A stretch of 64,000 nt of DNA, from the NCBI GenBank assembly GCA_040005235.1, contig JBDTZG010000013.1:45048-109047 (forward strand), written 5' to 3'. The position numbers and the translations under genes were made by a program. The notes under the pieces were generated by a model, which saw only the letters and a list, made by a program, of their open reading frames with translations, did no database searches and was not told the DNA's origin. This document shows positions 47,261 through 59,620 of the stretch, one piece after another. Positions within the stretch are counted from its first letter, which is position 1. The number at the start of each line of letters is the position of its first letter. Source of the DNA: Acidobacteriota bacterium. GTDB taxonomy: Bacteria; Acidobacteriota; Thermoanaerobaculia; Multivoradales; UBA5704.

Positions 47261-48540
47261 CGTAAAGACCTCCCGCGGCCCTTGCGAAATCCTGCCCGGC
47301 GGAGCCCGGTGGCGAGCGCCGGACAATCGCGCATCAGGTTCCAGAGAAGCCCCGAGCGGAAGTTTTCGATCATGATCGCCACAGGTCCCTGGTCCAGACC
47401 GTAGTGCTCGGGAGAGAGCCAGCCGGCGGGACCTCCGTCCCCGGTTTCGAACGTCGGATTGAAGCTGGTGAGAAGCCCGTCCCGAAGCACTTCCGGATAG
47501 GTGTCCCGAACGTGCTCTAGGGCGGGCAAGACGATCTCCGGCGCGAACGGCAGGGAGGCGGCCACCGCCCAGGGCGCGAGCGTGCCATCGTCCGGACCGA
47601 ACGGGACGCCCCGGGCGACATAGCCGTAGAACTGCCGCTCGATGCCCCCCTTCTCTTGGCGTCGCACGAAGGCCGGGCCGGGGCCGGCGGTGATGCCCCA
47701 GTTGTTCTCGCCGTATCCCTTGAAACTCTTCGGATTGCGCATTCCGTACCGCTGCTGCACCTGCGTCGCGCGGCGGCTGTTCTCGAAGTAATCGGAGCGC
47801 AGATCGCTCATCAGCTGGTCCTGGATGTCGCGAAAGTCGACCCAAAGGTGCGACAGCTGATGGATGAACAGTGGGCCGGCGAAAAGAAACTCGATGTCGT
47901 AGAGGTTCTCCCACTGGTAGGTCGCGGTCCAAGCCTTATAGCTTTCCGCGGGGAGCGGATGCGTGGGCGAGCCGAGTCCCAGCAGATAGAGCAGTAGCGC
48001 CTCGCTGTACCCCTCCCAGCTATAGGTCAGAAATCCGGTCTCCGGTTTCCAGCCCATCGAGACGACGCGCCGGTCGCGCGCGGCCCAGGCCCAATCGACG
48101 CGCTCGTAGAGGAACCGCGAGATCTCGCGGATCTCCCGCTCGTCGTCCGAAGCCGCCGAGAAATAGCTTCCGGAAGAGAGCACGCCCGCGATCAGGATCG
48201 TGGTGTCGATCATCGACAGCTCGCAATTCCAAACCCGCCGGCCGCTCGCCATGTCGAGGAAGTGGTAGTAAAAGCCCCGATGCCCGGTGGCGTCCGGCTC
48301 TTCGCCCTGCGGGCTGTCGCGGAAGAACCGAAGGGCCGCGAGCGTTCGCGCCGCCGCGTCGGACCGGGAGAGAAAACCGCGTTCCACCCCGACCAGAAAC
48401 GCCGAAAGTCCCAGCCCGACGGCCGCGATACTGCACGGCGAGCCTTCACGCGAGCTGTCGGCGATCAGCCCGTTGGAGAGATTGCCCGCCCGCAGGAAGT
48501 AGCCCACGGCGTCCCGCGACAGCTGTTCGAGATCCACCAC
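47257..48540 (-). CDS. Glucoamylase-like (GH144-type beta-1,2-glucanase-like) protein
   Basis: SIAAVGLG, GFYYHFLD, ELSMIDT, MGWKPE, GPLFIHQ, GLDQGP; GTG 48540 lies 7 nt after TACACT. Confidence 0.8.
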   Translation of the reverse strand: MVDLEQLSRDAVGYFLRAGNLSNGLIADSSREGSPCSIAAVGLGLSAFLVGVERGFLSRSDAAARTLAALRFFRDSPQGEEPDATGHRGFYYHFLDMASGRRVWNCELSMIDTTILIAGVLSSGSYFSAASDDEREIREISRFLYERVDWAWAARDRRVVSMGWKPETGFLTYSWEGYSEALLLYLLGLGSPTHPLPAESYKAWTATYQWENLYDIEFLFAGPLFIHQLSHLWVDFRDIQDQLMSDLRSDYFENSRRATQVQQRYGMRNPKSFKGYGENNWGITAGPGPAFVRRQEKGGIERQFYGYVARGVPFGPDDGTLAPWAVAASLPFAPEIVLPALEHVRDTYPEVLRDGLLTSFNPTFETGDGGPAGWLSPEHYGLDQGPVAIMIENFRSGLLWNLMRDCPALATGLRRAGFRKGRGRSLR

Positions 48541-48615
48541 GCGGGAGAGTGTATCGGGGCTCGTGGCCCGCGGGGCAGGTCTAGAGGTGATTGGCCAGGT
48601 TTGCGCCGGACCCAT

Positions 48616-48654
48616 GAAAAGAAAAAGGGGTGAGGCCCGCGAAGCCTCACCCCT
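48616..48654 (-). terminator. Intrinsic terminator
   Basis: AGGGGTGAGGC-TTCGCGG-GCCTCACCCCT followed by a U-rich tract on the minus strand. Confidence 0.85.
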
Positions 48655-48769
48655 CAGACGACAAATTACGACGATCTGGATCTCGATCTCGGCTTGGACC
48701 GTTGGGTGTGTCCTGCCTGCAGGCCGCGGGAGCTCCCTTTGGACGGTGCGCACGGCACACCCTGCGAGA

Positions 48770-49132
48770 TCAGACTTCAGGTGCAGGCTTCACCTTCGGT
48801 TTACGACCGCGCTTGGCCCGATGCTCGGAGCGGATGTTGAAGCTTTCGAGCAGCGGGTTGGCGAAGCCGTAGTGCGAGCGGGCGGCTGCCGCGAAGAGGC
48901 GGAAGGCGGCGCCTGCCTTTTTGTTCTGCTGCTGGCGCAGGATCACCAGATCCGTGAGCTTGGCGCGCAGTAGCTGAATGCTCTCCTGGGAAGTGCGGAG
49001 GGAATCGACCTGCTGCCGGATTTCGGCGAGGTGTCCTTCGCCGCCCGGAATGGTCGGGGCCAACTCCTGGATGTTTTGTACCGCGACGTCGCACTGGTTG
49101 ATCCGATTGGCAAAACTGGTGTCTCGCAACAT
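48770..49132 (-). CDS. Small helical protein with basic C-terminal tail
   Basis: 120 aa; RBS AAGGAGAAGG; coiled-coil-like body, tail RAKRGRKPKVK; followed by a terminator. Confidence 0.75.
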   Translation of the reverse strand: MLRDTSFANRINQCDVAVQNIQELAPTIPGGEGHLAEIRQQVDSLRTSQESIQLLRAKLTDLVILRQQQNKKAGAAFRLFAAAARSHYGFANPLLESFNIRSEHRAKRGRKPKVKPAPEV

Positions 49133-49328
49133 GTCCTTCTCCTTGTAGAAAACGTACCGCGGAATGCGGCCCGGTGGTGCCGATGGAAGATGGAACCGGC
49201 GGCTGCGGTCCCCGCGAGACAGACCCTAAGGGACACACTCCTGAGAAAACGATAGGTCGGCGAAGATTCTTTTTCGCGGGGCTCTCGGGGGCGGATACAG
49301 GAGCTCCGGCAAGGGTTAAACAAGCCCC

Positions 49329-49524
49329 GAATTCGAATTCGCGATCTGGGAAATGGAATTCGGCGCTCCCGAAATGGAATTCGCCGGTCAGGAAATGGAT
49401 TTCGGGATTCCCGAAATGGAATTCGCGAGCCCCGAATTCGAATTCGCCAGTCAGGAAATGGAATTCGGGACTGCCGAAATGGAATTCGGCAGCCAACTCG
49501 CCAAATTCGGCGGGCTGGATTTCG
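49329..49524. repeat. 21-bp array: 13-bp conserved GAAATGGAATTCG plus 8-bp variable segment (8 clear units, then degenerate)
   Basis: Units start at 49329, 49350, 49371, 49392, 49413, 49434, 49455 and 49476. Confidence 0.9.
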
Positions 49525-49569
49525 TTCTCCACGATCGACGGGTAGGTCGCGTCGTTCATCACGCGGCAC

Positions 49570-49669
49570 ACCCTACAGAATCGGGAGATGCACTTTCCAG
49601 CGCAAAATCGAGCATAGGCCCTATGCTCGATTTTTGCCCTTGAATTCGTACGCCGAGGTGGGGTACCCT
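49570..49669. promoter_or_regulatory. Palindrome-centred bidirectional promoter-like cassette, copy B
   Basis: AAAATCGAGCATAGG-C-CCTATGCTCGATTTT (49604-49634); plus strand TTGAAT-18-TACCCT, minus strand TGGAAA-18-TAGGGT. Confidence 0.65.
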
Positions 49670-49833
49670 CCGCGGCCCTTTTTGGGCGACCCCTCCAGCA
49701 GGCCCTGCTTCCGCCGCCCTATTTCGAGAGCCGACTCTGCAAATTTTCACAATCTTCGTCGCACAATCTGAACGCCCTGGGAGTGGAATCCGAGCCGCTC
49801 GACGAAAACCTGTGGCTCGCCTTGGATGCGGGG

Positions 49834-50562
49834 TTACGGCCGAACTGAAGAGGTCGCCGTCCCTGTGGCCTTACCGCCCTGCCCCGCCCGGTCAGCGAGA
49901 TCGCGAATCCCGCGGTTGTCGATCAACTGGCCGCGCAGATCCTCCCGCGTCGCCTGGAGCATCGCCTTGCCGAGATCCTTCCCCGAGATGTAAAGGCTGC
50001 GGATCGGGCTCAGCAGGGGGTAGAGCGGACGAAAGATTTTGTAGATCCGCGGTTCGCTCTTCGAAGGGATGCCGTCGATCGCGGCCGGGCGCCAGCGGCA
50101 GGTGTCCGGATCGAGGGCCAGAAGGTCGCGCTCGGTTTCGGCTTTGACCCGCGCCCACATCATCCGGCTGTCGAGGCTCGCGGATTGGCCGCTGATGAAG
50201 TGGAAGACCGCCTGCGGGCTTTTCGCTTTCAACACCCGCGCGGCGGCGAGGGCGAAATCGTGGGTGATCTTTCGATACTCCGGCTCGCCTGAAACTTGAG
50301 TGACCGAGATGCCGAGGCAGTAGAAACAGGCATCGACCCCGGCGAACGCCTCTTCCACCGCCGAGTAGTCGAGATAGTCGGAATGGAGGATCACGCGCAG
50401 CTTTCCCGGATCGATCCCTTCTTCCAGCTCCGGCGTGCGGCGCACGAGGGCGCGGACTTCGGTGACGAACGGGCTCGCGAGGCAGACGCGGAGGGTACTG
50501 CCGCCGGCCGAGCCGGTCGCGCCGAAGAGTAGGATTTTAAGCGGACGATTCGTAGCGGCCAT
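49834..50562 (-). CDS. NAD(P)-binding epimerase/SDR-like protein
   Basis: ILLFGATGSAG, CFYCLG, WARVKAETE; TACAAT 8 nt upstream of the ATG. Confidence 0.85.
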   Translation of the reverse strand: MAATNRPLKILLFGATGSAGGSTLRVCLASPFVTEVRALVRRTPELEEGIDPGKLRVILHSDYLDYSAVEEAFAGVDACFYCLGISVTQVSGEPEYRKITHDFALAAARVLKAKSPQAVFHFISGQSASLDSRMMWARVKAETERDLLALDPDTCRWRPAAIDGIPSKSEPRIYKIFRPLYPLLSPIRSLYISGKDLGKAMLQATREDLRGQLIDNRGIRDLADRAGQGGKATGTATSSVRP

Positions 50563-50675
50563 GGCGCTCGATTGTAGCGCCCGAGGCGTTAAGATCGGCG
50601 GGTTCCAAGCGTTCCCAAAGTCGGTCGAGCCGAGGTGACCGTCCGCCTTGCTCATGCACTGGAGGGAGACTCTCC

Positions 50676-51625
50676 ATGATCGCTGCGCGTCGATTCGCGA
50701 AGGTTCTTCAACGTGGGCTGGTCCCCTCGGTGGCGCTGGTCGCCGCCCTCTCGTTCCTCTCGGCCTGTGGCGGAAAAGCCCCGGAGGCCGAGCCTGCGGC
50801 AAAGGAAACCGCCCCCGCTCCAGCTCCTGCTCCAGCTCCTGCCGCACAGGCCGCCTCGGCCTCGAACCAGCCGTGCCCGAACCCGCCCAAGTGCGGCACG
50901 GGTTGCAGCAACACGCCCTACGAACCCACCGACTGCTGGACGACATCCTACGGGCCCGCCGCGGCCGACGTGGTGATCGGCAACCGGGCCACCTCGACCA
51001 ACATGCTCTACTGCAGCGCCGGCACCTACGCCCTCTGCTTCTTCTCCGGTCCGCCGACCAAGGGCCTTCCGTGCCTGGTCGATGGCGACGTGGCCCACTG
51101 CACCTGCCAGGTCTATAGCTCCGGGGGCTATTTCGTGGACATCAACGGCATCCTCAACCTGGGTGCCTACAACCAGACCGTCTACGGCAGCTCCAATCCG
51201 ACGGTTAAGGCCTGCGGGGCCGACGGTTCCGGTTGCGCAAACATCTCGACCTGCGGCTTCGACGGCAAGAAATCCACCTGTGGGAGCCTGCCACAGGCGC
51301 CCGTTTGCCAGTACGTCCAGAATGAGAACGGGGCCAGCCCGCAAAGCTCGTTGATCCCGGGAGCCGACCTCATCTCCACGTTCAGCCTCGCCATGCAGAA
51401 GGAATACACGATCGGACTGAAGTCCGAAACGTGCCCGTCGGCCCCCTACGCCGGCTGCATGACCGCCCCCTGTCGCTATCCGCCAGGAACCACCGGCACC
51501 CCGAAGGACGGTTCGACCGTCAGGTGTGACTGCCCCATCGTGACCGGCCCCTACCAGGTCGGGGAGGAAGGCCAGTCCTGCACGATCCCGAGCGACGCGA
51601 ACGGCTCCTACGTCTGGTCGGCAGC

Positions 51626-51644
<19 letters not shown>
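50676..51644 (+). CDS. Cysteine-rich lipoprotein
   Basis: Lipobox LSAC, Pro/Ala linker, 20 further Cys; RBS GGAGGGAG. Confidence 0.8.
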
Positions 51645-56128
<4,484 letters not shown>

Positions 56129-56211
56129 GGCTCCACCTCGTGGACCGCCTAGTTTACGCCTGTTGCGGACGGCTTGGCGAGCGTCCAAACAAGATTTACC
56201 AGGGATTCGTT

Positions 56212-57099
56212 TTACCCCTCCCCCAAAAACTCCACCGCCCGCGCAATTGTTCCGCCATCCCACAGCGGCTTGTGGTGCCCCAAACCTTCCGTCGCCGCAA
56301 GCCGCGCTCCGGGCCAGACTCTTACCAGCTCTTCTCCGTCCTCGAACGGGACCTCATCGTCCGAACGGTCGTGAATCACGAGGAGCGGCAGGTCGATTTT
56401 CGGCGCCAGTCGGCGTGGCTCGGCTTCGTCGAAACCGATTTTTAGCCAGGCTTCGGACATGCGGCGGAAGCGGTGCTCGACTTCGTCGTTCCAGCCGAGG
56501 CCCCGGCGCATGCGGCCGAGGAACGTTTCCCAACCGGCAGGCGGGGCTAGGTAGACGGCTTTCTTGAGGTTCAGCCCGCGCGAGATCGCGTAGGTCGCCC
56601 CGGCACAGCCGAAGCTGTGGGCGATCATCCCCGCGAACGGCGAGAACAGCTCCCCCGCCTTTTCGATCGCGGTCGCGAAGTGGCGGAGGGAAGAGGTCGA
56701 CCCGCCCGAGCTGCCGTGGCCGGGAACGTCGAGCGCCACCGCCCGATGCCCTTGGGCGACCAGCGGCTCGACGAAATGGGCGAACTGCCCCGCGTGTCCG
56801 CCCCAGCCGTGGATCAGGAGGACCGGATCGCCTTGGCCCCAGGACCAGCCGACGACCGGGCCGTCGGGGGTGCGCAGCTCGAACCGCTGGGCGCGGGCCA
56901 GTAGGTTTCGCTGTTCCGGCCGCATCCGGCTGGGCGGCGGAGTGAAAAAAAGGCGCCGGGCCACGCGCGCCGTGGCGCCGGGCGCGAACCCCCCGGCGAG
57001 GCTGAATCCTGCGCGCAGCCAGCCGGGGAAGGGGATCGGGCGTAAACGATCGATCGTGCTTTTTTCGGGCAGAGAAGGCTGGCTCAGCGGGTGGCTCAT
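56212..57099 (-). CDS. Alpha/beta-fold hydrolase
   Basis: [29 protein letters not shown]. Confidence 0.88.
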   Translation of the reverse strand: MSHPLSQPSLPEKSTIDRLRPIPFPGWLRAGFSLAGGFAPGATARVARRLFFTPPPSRMRPEQRNLLARAQRFELRTPDGPVVGWSWGQGDPVLLIHGWGGHAGQFAHFVEPLVAQGHRAVALDVPGHGSSGGSTSSLRHFATAIEKAGELFSPFAGMIAHSFGCAGATYAISRGLNLKKAVYLAPPAGWETFLGRMRRGLGWNDEVEHRFRRMSEAWLKIGFDEAEPRRLAPKIDLPLLVIHDRSDDEVPFEDGEELVRVWPGARLAATEGLGHHKPLWDGGTIARAVEFLGEG

Positions 57100-57124
57100 T
57101 TCGCGCTCCTCAGGGGGACGGGTT

Positions 57125-57742
57125 TTATTGCAGCGGCGCGCTTGCGTCGGCGAACAGACGGGCGAAAGCCGCCCTTGCCCGACGCTCGGCGGCCGGATCG
57201 GCCACCAATTTCGCGGCGTGTTGGAGGGCCATGCCGATGCCCTTGAACTCGAAAGCGAACTGCTCCGGATCGAGGTCGGCGCGGAAATGTCCTTCACGGA
57301 CGGCCAGGGTCGCCGCCTTGGCGACCGTGCCGATCCAATCCTTCTGGCAGCGGACGAGGGCGTCGCGCACCGCTCCCGGCCGATCGTCGTACTCGGAGGA
57401 GAGCGAGAGGAACGGGCAGCCCAGAATCTCTTCCTCGGCGGTGTCCGTCTCGCCTTGGAACCAGGCGATCCAGCGCTCGAACAGCTCGCGCACCCGCGGC
57501 GCCCCGCGCGGTTTGACCAGCATCGGGCGGACGACCCGCTCCGTGAACCGCTCGATCGCCTCGTCCAGCACGGCGATCTGCAGCGCCTCTTTCGATTTGA
57601 AGTGCGCGAACAGCCCGCTCTTCGAAATCTGCAGCTCCTCGGCCAACCGCCCGAGCGTCATACCCTCCAACCCCAGCTCCGAAGCCCGCTGGAGCGCGGT
57701 ATCCACGATCTGCTGCCGAGTGGCCTCGCCTTTTCGCACCAT
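57125..57742 (-). CDS. TetR/AcrR-family regulator
   Basis: KGEATRQQIV...LAEELQISKSGLFAHFKSKEALQ; GCPF. Confidence 0.93.
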   Translation of the reverse strand: MVRKGEATRQQIVDTALQRASELGLEGMTLGRLAEELQISKSGLFAHFKSKEALQIAVLDEAIERFTERVVRPMLVKPRGAPRVRELFERWIAWFQGETDTAEEEILGCPFLSLSSEYDDRPGAVRDALVRCQKDWIGTVAKAATLAVREGHFRADLDPEQFAFEFKGIGMALQHAAKLVADPAAERRARAAFARLFADASAPLQ

Positions 57743-57745
57743 CGG

Positions 57746-57773
57746 AGAATAGCACGACCGGTCGGTTTTGCAA
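57746..57773 (-). promoter_or_regulatory. TetR promoter with operator palindrome
   Basis: TTGCAA-16-TATTCT on the minus strand enclosing the palindrome CGACCGGTCG (57755-57764). Confidence 0.6.
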
Positions 57774-57910
57774 GAGGCAACCTCTTGCCACAGCTCATCG
57801 GTTCCGGCGATCCCTTCCAGGCCGAATTGTCGCGTCTAGTGAGGAAGTTTGGATCGTCCTCGCGAAACAGTTTTCCAGGAGGGTGGCTCGCTGAGCCGGC
57901 AAACGGAGCT

Positions 57911-59620
57911 ATGGCGGATCGAGGCGATGTACCCGATCTGGTGATGCGGGTCGTGGAGCGGAAGGACCCCCGGGGTACTTGCCTGCTGTTCACGCTGGTC
58001 TCCCCAGGGGGCGGCCAGCGCGACATCCTGGGGCGACCATTCGAGGGCGACGCCGAAGCTTTTCGGGACCGCCTGCTCGGCACCCTCTCCAGTCTGGTCA
58101 GCGCAAGAAAGCTCGATGGACTTGGACGATACCTATGGCGAGAGCTCTTTCCTCCGGAGCTTCAGTCCGCCTATCGAGAATTTCGCACGAAGATCACTTC
58201 CTGGATGATCCTGTCGGACGAGCCATGGATTCCCTGGGAGCTGGTCAAGCCCTATTCCGACGATGGCTCCGGCGAGCCATTCGACGACGACTTCCTCGGT
58301 CTCGCCTTCCAATTGACCCGCTGGCTGGTCGGCGACCTGGATCCCGCTCGAAGGATAGCGGTGACCGGCGTAGTCGGGCTGAGGACCGATCGAAACCTTC
58401 CCCTGGCCGCACAAGAAACCGCATTCCTAGAGGGGCTCGCGTCCGCCCGCGGAGTGCGCGCGGTTGACCGGTTCGTAAGAACGTCCGACGAGATCGTGGC
58501 CTATCTCGGCGATCCGGATTTTCAGCTGCTCCACCTCGTCGGCCATGGCCGACGTTCCGGGGCGAAGTGGGAGGCGGGACTTCCCCTCGAAGACGACGAA
58601 ATCTTTGTCCCCTCCGAGCTTGAAGGCCCCATCTCGGCCCGACTTCGCCGCAAGCGCCCCATGGTGTTCTTGAACGCGTGCTGGGCGGGGCATGAAACAC
58701 GGTCTCTGACCCATCTCGCGGGCTGGGCTCCTACCTGGATTCAGGTCTGCGGCTGCGGAGCCTTCGTGGCGCCGATCTGGCCGGTCCGGGACAGCATTGC
58801 ATGCCGATTCTCGGAAGAGCTCTATCAAGCCCTCGCCGAGGGCCGGTCACTCGGAGAGGCCGCGCAGCAGGCCCGGCGGAGTGCCTTCTCTCTCGGCGAC
58901 GCCGAACCCTCGGCTCTTGCCTACGCCGTCTATGGACTTCCCGGAGCCCGTGTGGTTTTCGGCGTCGAGGCCGTCGTCGGAGATCACGGGAACCTCCCGC
59001 TTCGGCCGCAGATTCCCTCTCGCCCCGAGGCTCCGGCGCGATCGGGACGCCGGGCGGCAAGGCGAATTCGTTCCACTTTGCGCGTCAAAAAGATCTGGCT
59101 GCCGCTCGTGCTGGTTCTCGTCGCGCTGGCCGGAGTCCGTTTCGGCAAGGACTTCATATTGAGCCCGAAGGAGGAGAGTTTCGGATCGATCTCCGTTGGG
59201 CGCCCTTTGCCGAAGCCGAAGCCGAAACCTCCGGCTCCTGCGAAACCGACGACTCTTTCCGTCGGAACCACAGGCTTTGTCGTTCGCGCCGCGTCCGGAG
59301 TTCCGAAGTCGACTCTCGCCAGCTCGTTACGCCGAGCCGCGGCGAACCTCGAAGAAGCGGGGCTCGCCGGTTGGTCGATCCAGCTCGATGTCGCCCCGCC
59401 TCAGGTCACAGCCCATTCTCTGAGCGGTTTTCCCGAGCAATCCTGCCGGCTGGTCGCTCACGGCCGAGCGCGGCGGGCCGGTACCGCGATCGATCTCGGT
59501 TCTATCGAAGCCGTCAACTCCCAGGGCGACCGCGCGACGGCTTGCGCAGCCGCGGCGAGAGACCTGGGTACAGCAGTAATTTACAAGCTCGCCAGTTCCA
59601 TTCGAAAGGAGGTCAAATGA
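57911..59620 (+). CDS. CHAT (caspase-like) domain protein with TM helix and C-terminal extracytoplasmic domain
   Basis: IPWEL, HLVGHG (catalytic His), VFLNACWAG (catalytic Cys), FVAPIWPV, YAVYG; TM IWLPLVLVLVALAGV. Confidence 0.85.
   Translation: MADRGDVPDLVMRVVERKDPRGTCLLFTLVSPGGGQRDILGRPFEGDAEAFRDRLLGTLSSLVSARKLDGLGRYLWRELFPPELQSAYREFRTKITSWMILSDEPWIPWELVKPYSDDGSGEPFDDDFLGLAFQLTRWLVGDLDPARRIAVTGVVGLRTDRNLPLAAQETAFLEGLASARGVRAVDRFVRTSDEIVAYLGDPDFQLLHLVGHGRRSGAKWEAGLPLEDDEIFVPSELEGPISARLRRKRPMVFLNACWAGHETRSLTHLAGWAPTWIQVCGCGAFVAPIWPVRDSIACRFSEELYQALAEGRSLGEAAQQARRSAFSLGDAEPSALAYAVYGLPGARVVFGVEAVVGDHGNLPLRPQIPSRPEAPARSGRRAARRIRSTLRVKKIWLPLVLVLVALAGVRFGKDFILSPKEESFGSISVGRPLPKPKPKPPAPAKPTTLSVGTTGFVVRAASGVPKSTLASSLRRAAANLEEAGLAGWSIQLDVAPPQVTAHSLSGFPEQSCRLVAHGRARRAGTAIDLGSIEAVNSQGDRATACAAAARDLGTAVIYKLASSIRKEVK

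Noticed and set aside
49329-49524. CRISPR array
   Set aside because: 13-bp repeats with 8-bp spacers are far too short and no cas genes are present; kept as a tandem array
50811-50845. GCTCCA/GCTCCT short repeat
   Set aside because: Encodes an ordinary Pro-Ala linker
56870-57910. N-terminal extension of the CHAT ORF (916 aa in the track)
   Set aside because: Overlaps tetR and the hydrolase gene on the opposite strand; ATG 57911 has an RBS
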